From the human T2T-CHM13v2.0 reference genome, Homo sapiens, in assembly GCF_009914755.1 (NCBI RefSeq), contig NC_060948.1: a DNA stretch of 64,000 bases. One strand, written 5' to 3'. A program made the position numbers and the translations under genes. Positions 1 to 22,511 of this stretch are shown piece by piece. The first letter of the stretch is position 1. Each line of letters opens with the position of its first letter. Under the pieces are notes generated by a model. That model did no database searches and was not told the origin of the DNA. It saw only the letters and a program-made list of their open reading frames with translations.

Positions 1-463
1 TTACACATTATATAATATGTATGTTGTCTATTATGTGATATATATAACTATATATATAATTATATTTTTATACATATAACTAGATAAACATGTAATTCTA
101 CATATTTTCATTTATAATATGTAGAATTATATAATCATATATAATTATTTATATTCTATAAAAAATTTTATCATTATATAAATTATAATATATAAAAATT
201 ATAATATGTACTACAAATATATATATTATATATCATATATGATATAGTACCTTTGTTATATATCATAATACATATAAATGTGTATTATGTTATCTATAAT
301 TATATAATTTCATATATAAGATGTATAATATGTATTATATATTGTATATGTTATGTAATGTATATAGTATATATAAGCTGACACTGGATAAATATTATAT
401 ACTATGACATATAAAATATATGAGGTTATATGTTACATATAAGGCATAGCACATAACATGTAA

Positions 464-772
<309 letters not shown>

Positions 773-1345
773 AGATCCATATTTTTTAAATGAAAAAAAA
801 TTTCAAAGGTACTCTGCTTGGTACAATAATCAAATGTATAAACTGAGGAATAAAACATAACCATGAAACCTACTTATAACTGCATATGGAAAATACAGAG
901 GATAATTTTTTAAATAACATATTTTGAAAGCCTTAACTAGTAATTTGAAGAGTTGGCATTTGAAAGGCCAGTATGAATATACCTTCAAAGCAGCAACACA
1001 GGTTCCCCATGAGAAAAAGCAAACACAGGGAAAATAAAAACACAAAGGTTCAATCTCTTCTGACCTTTGAAAGACACAGCACAGACAGTGGTCCTTAGGA
1101 CGAAGAGCAGGAGACCCCTAATTCCGTCACCATGGCGATAGGGCATAAATATTGCTGGGTGAGGGCACAATCCACATTGTGAGGTCCAACTGCTGCCAGG
1201 AAGACAGGAGTGCTTTTACATAGACCGAAAGGTCATTGAAGGCTCAGAGTTTTGTTTCAAGAACTGAATCCCAAGCCCACACGTTATTAGGCTGCGCTTC
1301 TTAAAACAAGTTATGAGATGGGAAAAAGGGCACCCACACACATAC
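773..1345. repeat. HSATI-like segment of unit 1. It follows every Alu in the window; the last copy, 63551-64000, is cut by the window edge.
   Basis: Seen: ~570 bp of non-Alu, non-simple sequence (agatccatattttttaaatg...gggcacccac), nearly invariant in all units. The HSATI name comes from known DYZ2 composition, not from an alignment. Boundaries are approximate. Confidence 0.75.
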
Positions 1346-3192
<1,847 letters not shown>

Positions 3193-5290
3193 AGATCCAT
3201 ATTTTTTAAATGAAAAAAAATTTCAAAGGTACTCTGCTTGGTACAATAATCAAATGTATAAACTGAGGAATAAAACATAACCATGAAACCTACTTATAAC
3301 TGCATATGGAAAATACAGAGGATAATTTTTTAAATAACATATTTTGAAAGCCTTAACTAGTAATTTGAAGAGTTGGCATTTGAAAGGCCAGTATGAATAT
3401 ACCTTCAAAGCAGCAACACAGGTTCCCCATGAGAAAAAGCAAACACAGGGAAAATAAAACCACAAAGGTTCAATCTCTGCTGACCTTTGAAAGACACAGC
3501 ACAGACAGTGGTCCTTAGGACGAAGAGCAGGAGACCCCTAATTCCGTCACCATGGCGATAGGGCATAAACATTGCTGGGTGAGGGCACAATCCACATTGT
3601 GAGGTCCAACTGCTGCCAGGAAGACAGGAGTGCTTTTACATAGACCGAAAGGTCATTGAAGGCTCAGAGTTTTGTTTCAAGAACTGAATCCCAAGCCCAC
3701 ACGTTATTAGGCTGCGCTTCTTAAAACAAGTTATGAGATGGGAAAAAGGGCACCCAGAAACATACGTATACATTATGTATATAATAATATACAGTGTCAT
3801 ATATATAATATATATAACCTATGTATAATATTGTTTTACATCCTGCATCTTATGTTATATATATTGTATAAAATATAATAATTGATAATATATAAGTTTT
3901 ATAATTATACAATATGACATACAGTATATATTATAATTTATGACATATATAATATATGTTATATATCATATATAGAATATATTATACGGTTAATGTACGT
4001 ATTAAATATAAATTATACATTATATATATTATATATAATATATCTGTTATATATAATACTCATTATGCATAATATATATATTATGTCTATGTTATATATA
4101 GTATAAAACAACATATAATAATATATAATTGTATATATAAAATGCGACATATAATATATATTATATTTTATAACATATGTAATATATATTATATATAATA
4201 CGTTGTATGTATAATACCTATATTAAATATATATTATATGACTATGTTATTAATTACATGTCACATGTGTTATATATTATATATTTTACATAGAATATAC
4301 GGGTTACATACAATATATACTATGTTACCTATAGTGTATAATTTATTACATGTAAAATAAAGAATGCAATATATTATGTAAAATTTATGATATACAATAT
4401 GTGGAATGTGATATATATAACATATAATATATGATATATGATATACAGTATATGATATATAACATACAATATATGATTCCTAATATATATGGTATACAAT
4501 ATATATTTTATGATATGTATACTATATGTTTTATATTCTGTTATATATAACTATTTGAAATTATATATAACTGTATAATATTTTATGTAAATATGTAATA
4601 TAATATATATAACAATATAATATATTATATATAACTATATATTATGTTATATATACTTTTATAACATAATTTACATAAAATATCATAATATAATATATAT
4701 TATATTATTTCATATTACATAATATATATTACATATCACCCAATATAACTAACATACATAATATTATAATATAGATTATATTATGTTATATTAAATATCA
4801 TATATATCATGTATCATATATTCTATAATATATATTACACATTATATAATATGTATGATGTCTATTATGTGATATATATAACTATATATATAATTATATT
4901 TTTATACATATAACTAGATAAACATGTAATTCTACATATTTTCATTTATAATATGTAGAATTATATAATCATATATAATTATTTATATTCTATAAAAAAT
5001 TTTATCATTATATAAATTATAATATATAAAAATTATAATATATACTACAAATATATATATTATATATCATATATGATATAGTACCTTTGTTATATATCAT
5101 AATACATATAAATGTGTATTATGTTATCTATAATTATATAATTTCATATATAAGATGTATAATATGTATCATATATTATATATGTTATGTAATATATATA
5201 GTATATATATGATGACACAGGATAAATATTATATACTATGACATATAAAATATATGAGGTTATATGTTACATATAAGGCATAGCACATAA

Positions 5291-5605
<315 letters not shown>

Positions 5606-7703
5606 AGATCCATATTTTTTAAATGAAAAAAAATTTCAAAGGTACTCTGCTTGGTACAATAATCAAATGTATAAACTGAGGAATAAAACATAACCATGAA
5701 ACCTACTTATAACTGCATATGGAAAATACAGAGGATAATTTTTTAAATAACATATTTTGAAAGCCTTAACTAGTAATTTGAAGAGTTGGCATTTGAAAGG
5801 CCAGTATGAATATACCTTCAAAGCAGCAACACAGGTTCCCCATGAGAAAAAGCAAACACAGGGAAAATAAAACCACAAAGGTTCAATCTCTTCTGACCTT
5901 TGAAAGACACAGCACAGACAGTGGTCCTTAGGACGAAGAGCAGGAGACCCCTAATTCCGTCACCATGGCGATAGGGCATAAACATTGCTGGGTGAGGGCA
6001 CAATCCACATTGTGAGGTCCAACTGCTGCCAGGAAGACAGGAGTGCTTTTACATAGACCGAAAGGTCATTGAAGGCTCAGAGTTTTGTTTCAAGAACTGA
6101 ATCCCAAGCCCACACGTTATTAGGCTGCGCTTCTTAAAACAAGTTATGAGATGGGAAAAAGGGCACCCAGAAACATACGTATACATTATGTATATAATAA
6201 TATACAGTGTCATATATATAATATATATAACCTATGTATAATACTGTTTTACATCCTGCATCTTATGTTATATATATTGTATAAAATATAATAATTGATA
6301 ATATATAAGTTTTATAATTATACAATATGACATACAGTATATATTATAATTTATGACATATATAATATATGTTATATATCATATATAGAATATATTATAC
6401 GGTTAATATACGTATTAAATATAAATTATACATTATATATATTATATAGAATATATCTGTTATATATAATACTCATTATGCATAATATATATATTATGTC
6501 TATGTTATATATAGTATAAAACAACATATAATAATATATAATTGTATATATAAAATGCGACATATAATATATATTATATTTTATAACATATGTAATATAT
6601 ATTATATATAATACGTTGTATGTATAATACCTATATTAAATATATATTATATGACTATGTTATTAATTACATGTCACATGTGTTATATATTATATATTTT
6701 ACATAGAATATACCGGTTACATACAATATATACTATGTTACCTATAATGTATAATTTATTACATGTAAAATAAAGAATGCAATATATTATGTAAAATTTA
6801 TAATATACAATATGTGGAATGTGATATATATAATATATAATATATGATATATGATATACAGTATATGATATATAACATACAATATATGATTCCTAATATA
6901 TATGGTATACAATATATATTTTATGATATGTATACTATATGTTTTATATTCTGTTATATATAACTATTTGAAATTATATATAACTGTATAATATTTTATG
7001 TAAATATGTAATATAATATATATAACAATATAATATATTATATATAACTATATATTATGTTATATATACTTTTATAACATAATTTACATAAAATATCATA
7101 ATATAATATATATTATATTATTTCATATTACATAATATATATTACATATCACCCAATATAACTAACATACATAATATTATAATATAGATTATATTATGTT
7201 ATATTAAATATCATATATATCATGTATCATATATTCTATAATATATATTACACATTATATAATATGTATGATGTCTATTATGTGATATATATAACTATAT
7301 ATATAATTATATTTTTATACATATAACTAGATAAACATGTAATTCTACATATTTTCATTTATAATATGTAGAATTATATAATCATATATAATTATTTATA
7401 TTCTATAAAAAATTTTATCATTATATAAATTATAATATATAAAAATTATAATATATACTACAAATATATATATTATATATCATATATGATATAGTACCTT
7501 TGTTATATATCATAATACATATAAATGTGTATTATGTTATCTATAATTATATAATTTCATATATAAGATGTATAATATGTATCATATATTATATATGTTA
7601 TGTAATATATATAGTATATATATGATGACACAGGATAAATATTATATACTATGACATATAAAATATATGAGGTTATATGTTACATATAAGGCATAGCACA
7701 TAA

Positions 7704-8018
<315 letters not shown>

Positions 8019-10116
8019 AGATCCATATTTTTTAAATGAAAAAAAATTTCAAAGGTACTCTGCTTGGTACAATAATCAAATGTATAAACTGAGGAATAAA
8101 ACATAACCATGAAACCTACTTATAACTGCATATGGAAAATACAGAGGATAATTTTTTAAATAACATATTTTGAAAGCCTTAACTAGTAATTTGAAGAGTT
8201 GGCATTTGAAAGGCCAGTATGAATATACCTTCAAAGCAGCAACACAGGTTCCCCATGAGAAAAAGCAAACACAGGGAAAATAAAACCACAAAGGTTCAAT
8301 CTCTTCTGACCTTTGAAAGACACAGCACAGACAGTGGTCCTTAGGACGAAGAGCAGGAGACCCCTAATTCCGTCACCATGGCGATAGGGCATAAACATTG
8401 CTGGGTGAGGGCACAATCCACATTGTGAGGTCCAACTGCTGCCAGGAAGACAGGAGTGCTTTTACATAGACCGAAAGGTCATTGAAGGCTCAGAGTTTTG
8501 TTTCAAGAACTGAATCCCAAGCCCACACGTTATTAGGCTGCGCTTCTTAAAACAAGTTATGAGATGGGAAAAAGGGCACCCAGAAACATACGTATACATT
8601 ATGTATATAATAATATACAGTGTCATATATATAATATATATAACCTATGTATAATATTGTTTTACATCCTGCATCTTATGTTATATATATTGTATAAAAT
8701 ATAATAATTGATAATATATAAGTTTTATAATTATACAATATGACATACAGTATATATTATAATTTATGACATATATAATATATGTTATATATCATATATA
8801 GAATATATTATACGGTTAATATACGTATTAAATATAAATTATACATTATATATATTATATATAATATATCTGTTATATATAATACTCATTATGCATAATA
8901 TATATATTATGTCTATGTTATATATAGTATAAAACAACATATAATAATATATAATTGTATATATAAAATGCGACATATAATATATATTATATTTTATAAC
9001 ATATGTAATATATATTATATATAATACGTTGTATGTATAATACCTATATTAAATATATATTATATGACTATGTTATTAATTACATGTCACATGTGTTATA
9101 TATTATATATTTTACAAAGAATATACCGGTTACATACAATATATACTATGTTACCTATAATGTATAATTTATTACATGTAAAATAAAGAATGCAATATAT
9201 TATGTAAAATTTATAATATACAATATGTGGAATGTGATATATATAACATATAATATATGATATATGATATACAGTATATGATATATAACATACAATATAT
9301 GATTCCTAATATATATGGTATACAATATATATTTTATGATATGTATACTATATGTTTTATATTCTGTTATATATAACTATTTGAAATTATATATAACTGT
9401 ATAATATTTTATGTAAATATGTAATATAATATATATAACAATATAATATATTATATATAACTATATATTATGTTATATATACTTTTATAACATAATTTAC
9501 ATAAAATATCATAATATAATATATATTATATTATTTCATATTACATAATATATATTACATATCACCCAATATAACTAACATACATAATATTATAATATAG
9601 ATTATATTATGTTATATTAAATATCATATATATCATGTATCATATATTCTATAATATATATTACACATTATATAATATGTATGATGTCTATTATGTGATA
9701 TATATAACTATATATATAATTATATTTTTATACATATAACTAGATAAACATGTAATTCTACATATTTTCATTTATAATATGTAGAATTATATAATCATAT
9801 ATAATTATTTATATTCTATAAAAAATTTTATCATTATATAAATTATAATATATAAAAATTATAATATATACTACAAATATATATATTATATATCATATAT
9901 GATATAGTACCTTTGTTATATATCATAATACATATAAATGTGTATTATGTTATCTATAATTATATAATTTCATATATAAGATGTATAATATGTATCATAT
10001 ATTATATATGTTATGTAATATATATAGTATATATATGATGACACATGATAAATATTATATACTATGACATATAAAATATATGAGGTTATATGTTACATAT
10101 AAGGCATAGCACATAA

Positions 10117-10431
<315 letters not shown>

Positions 10432-12529
10432 AGATCCATATTTTTTAAATGAAAAAAAATTTCAAAGGTACTCTGCTTGGTACAATAATCAAATGTATAA
10501 ACTGAGGAATAAAACATAACCATGAAACCTACTTATAACTGCATATGGAAAATACAGAGGATAATTTTTTAAATAACATAGTTTGAAAGCCTTAACTAGT
10601 AATTTGAAGAGTTGGCATTTGAAAGGCCAGTATGAATATACCTTCAAAGCAGCAACACAGGTTCCCCATGAGAAAAAGCAAACACAGGGAAAATAAAAAC
10701 ACAAAGGTTCAATCTCTTCTGACCTTTGAAAGACACAGCACAGACAGTGGTCCTTAGGACGAAGAGCAGGAGACCCCTAATTCCGTCACCATGGCGATAG
10801 GGCATAAACATTGCTGGGTGAGGGCACAATCCACATTGTGAGGTCCAACTGCTGCCAGGAAGACAGGAGTGCTTTTACATAGACCGAAAGGTCATTGAAG
10901 GCTCAGAGTTTTGTTTCAAGAACTGAATCCCAAGCCCACACGTTATTAGGCTGCGCTTCTTAAAACAAGTTATGAGATGGGAAAAAGGGCACCCACAAAC
11001 ATACGTATACATTATGTATATAATAATATACAGTGTCATATATATAATATATATAACCTATGTATAATATTGTTTTACATCCTGCATCTTATGTTATATA
11101 TATTGTATAAAATATAATAATTCATAATATATAAGTTTTATAATTATACAATATGACATATAGTATATATTATAATTTATGACATATATAATATATGTTA
11201 TATATCATATATAGAATATATTATACGGTTAATATACGTATTAAATATAAATTATACATTATATATATTATATATAATATATCTGTTATATATAATACTC
11301 ATTATGCATAATATATATATTATGTCTATGTTATATATAGTATAAAACAACATATAATAATATATAATTGTATATATAAAATGCGACATATAATATATAT
11401 TATATTTTATAACATATGTAATATATATTATATATAATACGTTGTATGTATAATACCTATATTAAATATATATTATATGACTATGTTATTAATTACATGT
11501 CACATGTGTTATATATTATATATTTTACAAAGAATATACCGGTTACATACAATATATACTATGTTACCTATAATGTATAATTTATTACATGTAAAATAAA
11601 GAATGCAATATATTATGTAAAATTTATAATATACAATATGTGGAATGTGATATATATAACATATAATATATGATATATGATATACAGTATATGATATATA
11701 ACATACAATATATGATTCCTAATATATATGGTATACAATATATATTTTATGATATGTATACTATATGTTTTATATTCTGTTATATATAACTATTTGAAAT
11801 TATATATAACTGTATAATATTTTATGTAAATATGTAATATAATATATATAACAATATAATATATTATATATAACTATATATTATGTTATATATACTTTTA
11901 TAACATAATTTACATAAAATATCATAATATAATATATTTTATATTATTTCATATTACATAATATATATTACATATCACCCAATATAACTAACATACATAA
12001 TATTATAATATAGATTATATTATGTTATATTAAATATCATATATATCATGTATCATATATTCTATAATATATATTACACATTATATAATATGTATGATGT
12101 CTATTATGTGATATATATAACTATATATATAATTATATTTTTATACATATAACTAGATAAACATGTAATTCTACATATTTTCATTTATAATATGTAGAAT
12201 TATATAATCATATATAATTATTTATATTCTATAAAAAATTTTATCATTATATAAATTATAATATATAAAAATTATAATATATACTACAAATATATATATT
12301 ATATATCATATATGATATAGTACCTTTGTTATATATCATAATACATATAAATGTGTATTATGTTATCTATAATTATATAATTTCATATATAAGATGTATA
12401 ATATGTATCATATATTATATATGTTATGTAATATATATAGTATATATATGATGACACATGATAAATATTATATACTATGACATATAAAATATATGAGGTT
12501 ATATGTTACATATAAGGCATAGCACATAA

Positions 12530-12844
<315 letters not shown>

Positions 12845-14949
12845 AGATCCATATTTTTTAAATGAAAAAAAATTTCAAAGGTACTCTGCTTGGTACAATA
12901 ATCAAATGTATAAACTGAGGAATAAAACATAACCATGAAACCTACTTATAACTGCATATGGAAAATACAGAGGATAATTTTTTAAATAACATAGTTTGAA
13001 AGCCTTAACTAGTAATTTGAAGAGTTGGCATTTGAAAGGCCAGTATGAATATACCTTCAAAGCAGCAACACAGGTTCCCCATGAGAAAAAGCAAACACAG
13101 GGAAAATAAAAACACAAAGGTTCAATCTCTTCTGACCTTTGAAAGACACAGCACAGACAGTGGTCCTTAGGACGAAGAGCAGGAGACCCCTAATTCCGTC
13201 ACCATGGCGATAGGGCATAAACATTGCTGGGTGAGGGCACAATCCACATTGTGAGGTCCAACTGCTGCCAGGAAGACAGGAGTGCTTTTACATAGACCGA
13301 AAGGTCATTGAAGGCTCAGAGTTTTGTTTCAAGAACTGAATCCCAAGCCCACACGTTATTAGGCTGCGCTTCTTAAAACAAGTTATGAGATGGGAAAAAG
13401 GGCACCCACAAACATACGTATACATTATGTATATAATAATATACAGTGTCATATATATAATATATATAACCTATGTATAATATTGTTTTACATCCTGCAT
13501 CTTATGTTATATATATTGTATAAAATATAATAATTCATAATATATAAGTTTTATAATTATACAATATGACATATAGTATATATTATAATTTATGACATGT
13601 ATAATATATGTTATATATCATATACAGAATATATTATACGGTTAATATACGTATTAAATATAAATTATACATTATATATATTATATATAATATATCTGTT
13701 ATATATAATACCCGTTATGCATAATATATATATTATGTCTATGTTATATATAGTATAAAACAACATATAATAATATATAATTGTATATATAAAATGCGAC
13801 ATATAATATATATTATATTTTATGACATATGTAATATATATTATATATTATATATAATACGTTGTATGTATAATACCTATATTAAATATATATTATATGA
13901 CTATGTTATTAATTACATGTCACATGTGTTATATATTATATATTTTACATAGAATATACCGGTTACATACAATATATACCATGTTACCTATAATGTATAA
14001 TTTATTACATGTAAAATAAAGAATGCAATATATTATGTATAATTTATAATATACAATATGTGGAATGTGATATATATAACATATAATATATGATATATGA
14101 TATACAGTATATGATATATAACATACAATATATGATTCCTAATATATATGGTATACAATATATATTTTATGATATGTATTCTATATGTTTTATATTCTGT
14201 TATATATAACTATTTGAAATTATATATAACTGTATAATATTTTATGTAAATATGTAATATAATATATATAACTATATAATATATTATATATAACTATATA
14301 TTATGTTATATATACTTTTATAACATTATTTACATAAAATATCATAATATAATATATATTATATTATTTCATATTACATAATATATATTACATATCACCC
14401 AATATAACTAACATACATAATATTATAATATAGATTATATTATGTTATATTAAATATCATATATATCATGTATCATATATTCTATAATATATATTACACA
14501 TTATATAATATGTATGTTGTCTATTATGTGATATATATAACTATATATATAATTATATTTTTATACATATAACTAGATAAACATGTAATTCTACATATTT
14601 TCATTTATAATATGTAGAAGTATATAATCATATATAATTATTTATATTCTATACAAAATTTTATCATTATATAAATTGTAATATATAAAAATTATAATAT
14701 GTACTACAAATATATATATTATATATCATATATGATATAGTACCTTTGTTATATATCATAATACATATAAATGTGTATTATGTTATCTATAATTATATAA
14801 TTTCATATATAAGATGTATAATATGTATCATATATTATATATGTTATGTAATATATATAGTATATATAAGATGACACAGGATAAATATTATATACTATGA
14901 CATATAAAATATATGAGGTTATATGTTACATATAAGGCATAGCACATAA

Positions 14950-15264
<315 letters not shown>

Positions 15265-17362
15265 AGATCCATATTTTTTAAATGAAAAAAAATTTCAAAG
15301 GTACTCTGCTTGGTACAATAATCAAATGTATAAACTGAGGAATAAAACATAACCATGAAACCTACTTATAACTGCATATGGAAAATACAGAGGATAATTT
15401 TTTAAATAACATATTTTGAAAGCCTTAACTAGTAATTTGAAGAGTTGGCATTTGAAAGGCCAGTATGAATATACCTTCAAAGCAGCAACACAGGTTCCCC
15501 ATGAGAAAAAGCAAACACAGGGAAAATAAAAACACAAAGGTTCAATCTCTTCTGACCTTTGAAAGACACAGCACAGACAGTGGTCCTTAGGACGAAGAGC
15601 AGGAGACCCCTAATTCCGTCACCATGGCGATAGGGCATAAACATTGCTGGGTGAGGGCACAATCCACATTGTGAGGTCCAACTGCTGCCAGGAAGACAGG
15701 AGTGCTTTTACATAGACCGAAAGGTCATTGAAGGCTCAGAGTTTTGTTTCAAGAACTGAATCCCAAGCCCACACGTTATTAGGCTGCGCTTCTTAAAACA
15801 AGTTATGAGATGGGAAAAAGGGCACCCACAAACATAGGTATACATTATGTATATAATAATATAGAGTGTCATATATATAATATATATAACCTATGTATAA
15901 TATTGTTTTACATCCTGCATCTTATGTTATATATATTGTATAAAATATAATAATTGATAATATATAAGATTTATAATTATACAATATGACATATAGTATA
16001 TATTATAATTTATGACATATATAATATATGTTATATATCATATACAGAATATATTATACGGTTAATATACGTATTAAATATAAATTATATATTATATATA
16101 TTATATATAATATATCTGTTATATATAATACCCATTATGCATAATATATATATTATGTCTATGTTATATATAGTATAAAACAACATATAATAATATATAA
16201 TTGTATATATAAAATGCGACATATAATATATATTATATTTTATAACATATGTAATATATATTATATATAATACGTTGTATGTATAATACCTATATTAAAT
16301 ATATATTATATGACTATGTTATTAATTACATGTCACATGTGTTATATATTATATATTTTACATAGAATATACCGGTTACATACAATATATACTATGTTAC
16401 CTATAATGTATAATTTATTACATGTAAAATAAAGAATGCAATATATTATGTATAATTTATAATATACCATATGTGGAATGTGATATATATAACATATAAT
16501 ATATGATATATGATATACAGTATATGATATATAACATACAATATATGATTCCTAATATATATGGTATACAATATATATTTTATGATATGTATTCTATATG
16601 TTTTATATTCTGTTATATATAACTATTTGAAATTATATATAACTGTATAATATTTTATGTAAATATGTAATATAATATATATAACTGTATAATATATTAT
16701 ATATAACTATATATTATGTTATATATACTTTTATAACATAATTTACATAAAATATCATAATATAATATATATTATATTATTTCATATTACATAATATATA
16801 TTACATATCACCCAATATAACTAACATACATAATATTATAATATAGATTATATTGTGTTATATTAAATATCATATATATCATGTATCATATATTCTATAA
16901 TATATATTACACATTATATAATATGTATGTTGTCTATTATGTGATATATATAACTATATATATAATTATGTTTTTATACATATAACTAGATAAACATGTA
17001 ATTCTACATATTTTCATTTATAATATGTAGAATTATATAATCATATATAATTATTTATATTCTATAAAAAATTTTATCATTATATAAATTATAATATATA
17101 AAAATTATAATATGTACTACAAATATATATATTATATATCATATATGATATAGTACCTTTGTTATATATCATAATACATATAAATGTGTATTATGTTATC
17201 TATAATTATATATTTTCATATATAAGATGTATAATATGTATCATATATTATATATGTTATGTAATATATATAGTATATATAAGATGACACAGGATAAATA
17301 TTATATACTATGACATATAAAATATATGAGGTTATATGTTACATATAAGGCATAGCACATAA

Positions 17363-17677
<315 letters not shown>

Positions 17678-19782
17678 AGATCCATATTTTTTAAATGAAA
17701 AAAAATTTCAAAGGTACTCTGCTTGGTACAATAATCAAATGTATAAACTGAGGAATAAAACATAACCATGAAACCTACTTATAACTGCATATGGAAAATA
17801 CAGAGGATAATTTTTTAAATAACATATTTTGAAAGCCTTAACTAGTAATTTGAAGAGTTGGCATTTGAAAGGCCAGTATGAATATATCTTCAAAGCAGCA
17901 ACACAGGTTCCCCATGAGAAAAAGCAAACACAGGGAAAATAAAACCATAAAGGTTCAATCTCTTCTGACCTTTGAAAGACACAGCACAGACAGTGGTCCT
18001 TAGGACGAAGAGCAGGAGACCCCTAATTCCGTCACCATGGCGATAGGGCATAAACATTGCTGGGTGAGGGCACAATCCACATTGTGAGGTCCAACTGCTG
18101 CCAGGAAGACAGGAGTGCTTTTACATAGACCGAAAGGTCATTGAAGGCTCAGAGTTTTGTTTCAAGAACTGAATCCCAAACCCACACGTTATTAGGCTGC
18201 GCTTCTTAAAACAAGTTATGAGATGGGAAAAAGGGCACACAGAAACATACGTATACATTATGTATATAATAATATACAGTGTCATATATATAATATATAT
18301 AACCTATGTATAATATTGTTTTACATCCTGCATCTTATGTTATATATATTGTATAAAATATAATAATTGATAATATATAAGTTTCATAATTATACAATAT
18401 GACATACAGTTTATATTATAATTTATGACATATATAATATATGTTATATATCATATATAGAATATATTATACGGTTAATATACGTATTAAATATAAATTA
18501 TATATTATATATATTATATATAATATATCTGTTATATATAATACTCATTATGCATAATATATATATTATGTCTATGTTATATATACTATAAAACAACATA
18601 TAATAATATATAATTGTATATATAAAATGCGACATATAATATATATTATATTTTATAACATATGTAATATATATTATATATAATACGTTGTATGTATAAT
18701 ACCTATATTAAATATATATTATATGACTATGTTATTAATTACATGTCACATGTGTTATATATTATATATTTTACATAGAATATACCGGTTACATACAATA
18801 TATACTATGTTACCTATAATGTATAATTTATTACATGTAAAATAAAGAATGCAATATATTATGTAAAATTTATAATATACAATATGTGGAATGTGATATA
18901 TATAACATATAATATATGATATATGATATACAGTATATGATATATAACATACAATATATGATTCCTAATATATATGGTATACAATATATATTTTATGATA
19001 TGTATTCTATATGTTTTATATTCTGTTATATATAACTATTTGAAATTATATATAACTGTATAATATTTGATGTAAATATGTAATATAATATATATAACTA
19101 TATAATATATTATATATAACTATATATTATGTTATATTTACTTTTATAACATAATTTACATAAAATATCATAATATAATATATATTATATTATTTCATAT
19201 TACATAATATATATTACATATCACCCAATATAACTAACATACATAATATTATAATATAGATTATATTATGTTATATTAAATATCATATATATCATGTATC
19301 ATATATTCTATAATATATATTACACATTATATAATATGTATGTTGTCTATTATGTGATATATATAACTATATATATAATTATATTTTTATACATATAACT
19401 AGATAAACATGTAATTCTACATATTTTCATTTATAATATGTAGAATTATATAATCATATATAATTATTTATATTCTATAAAAAATTTTATCATTATATAA
19501 ATTATAATATATAAAAATTATAATATGTACTACAAATATATATATTATATATCATATATGATATAGTACCTTTGTTATATATCATAATACATATAAATGT
19601 GTATTATGTTATCTATAATTATATAATTTCATATATAAGATGTATAATATGTATCATATATTATATATGTTATGTAATATATATAGTATATATAAGATGA
19701 CACAGGATAAATATTATATACTATGACATATAAAATATATGAGGTTATATGTTACATATAAGGCATAGCACATAACATGTAA

Positions 19783-20091
<309 letters not shown>

Positions 20092-22196
20092 AGATCCATA
20101 TTTTTTAAATGAAAAAAAATTTCAAAGGTACTCTGCTTGGTACAATAATCAAATGTATAAACTGAGGAATAAAACATAACCATGAAACCTACTTATAACT
20201 GCATATGGAAAATACAGAGGATAATTTTTTAAATAACATATTTTGAAAGCCTTAACTAGTAATTTGAAGAGTTGGCATTTGAAAGGCCAGTATGAATATA
20301 CCTTCAAAGCAGCAACACAGGTTCCCCATGAGAAAAAGCAAACACAGGGAAAATAAAAACACAAAGGTTCAATCTCTTCTGACCTTTGAAAGACACAGCA
20401 CAGACAGTGGTCCTTAGGACGAAGAGCAGGAGACCCCTAATTCCGTCACCATGGCGATAGGGCATAAATATTGCTGGGTGAGGGCACAATCCACATTGTG
20501 AGGTCCAACTGCTGCCAGGAAGACAGGAGTGCTTTTACATAGACCGAAAGGTCATTGAAGGCTCAGAGTTTTGTTTCAAGAACTGAATCCCAAGCCCACA
20601 CGTTATTAGGCTGCGCTTCTTAAAACAAGTTATGAGATGGGAAAAAGGGCACCCACACACATACGTATACATTATGTATATAATAATATACAGTGTCATA
20701 TATATAATATATATAACCTATTTATAATATAGTTTTACATCCTGCATCTTATGTTATTTATATTGTATAAAATATAATAATTGATAATATATAAGTTTTA
20801 TAATTATACAATATGACATATAGTATATATTATAATTTATGACATATATAATATATGTTATATATCATATATAGAATATATTATACGGTTAATATACGTA
20901 TTAAATATAAATTATACATTATATATATTATATATAATATATCTGTTATATATAATACACATTATGCATAATATATATATTATGTCTATGTTATATATAG
21001 TATAAAACAACATATAATAATATATAATTGTATATATAAAATGCGACATATAATATATATTATATTTTATAACATATGTAATATATATTATATATTATAT
21101 ATAATACCTTGTATGTATAATACCTATATTAAATATATATTATATGACTATGTTATTAATTACATGTCACATGTGTTATATATTATATATTTTACATAGA
21201 ATATACCGGTTACATACAATATATACTATGTTACCTATAATGTATAATTTATTACATGTAAAATAAAGAATGCAATATATTATGTATAATTTATAATATA
21301 CAATATGTGGAATGTGATATATATAACATATAATATATGATATATGATATACAGTATATGATATATAACATACAATATATGATTCCTAATATATATGGTA
21401 TACAATATATATTTTATGATATGTATTCTATATGTTTTATATTCTGTTATATATAACTATTTGAAATTATATATAACTGTATAATATTTTATGTAAATAT
21501 GTAATATAATATATATAACTATATAATATATTATATATAACTATATATTATGTCATATATACTTTTATAACATAATTTACATAAAATATCATAATATAAT
21601 ATATATTATATTATTTCATATTACATAATATATATTACATATCACCCAATATAACTAACATACATAATATTATAATATAGATTATATTATGTTATATTAA
21701 ATATCATATATATCATGTATCATATATTCTATAATATATATTACACATTATATAATATGTATGATGTCTATTATGTGATATATATAACTATATATATAAT
21801 TATATTTTTATACATATAACTAGATAAACATGTAATTCTACATATTTTCATTTATAATATGTAGAATTATATAATCATATATAATTATTTATATTCTATA
21901 AAAAATTTTATCATTATATAAATTATAATATATAAAAATTATAATATATACTACAAATATATATATTATATATCATATATGATATAGTACCTTTGTTATA
22001 TATCATAATACATATAAATGTGTATTATGTTATCTATAATTATATAATTTCATATATAAGATGTATAATATGTATCATATATTATAGATGTTATGTAATA
22101 TATATAGTATATATATGATGACACAGGATAAATATTATATACTATGACATATAAAATATATGAGGTTATATGTTACATATAAGGCATAGCACATAA

Positions 22197-22511
<315 letters not shown>

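Noticed and set aside
830-1170. Recurrent 71-aa and 61-aa minus-strand ORFs (MCFYFPC..., MCPHPAM...) in most or all units
   Set aside because: They are short, overlap each other in different frames and resemble no family I recognise. They recur only because the satellite unit is nearly identical. The 71-aa ORF is freely broken by stops or start loss in many units.
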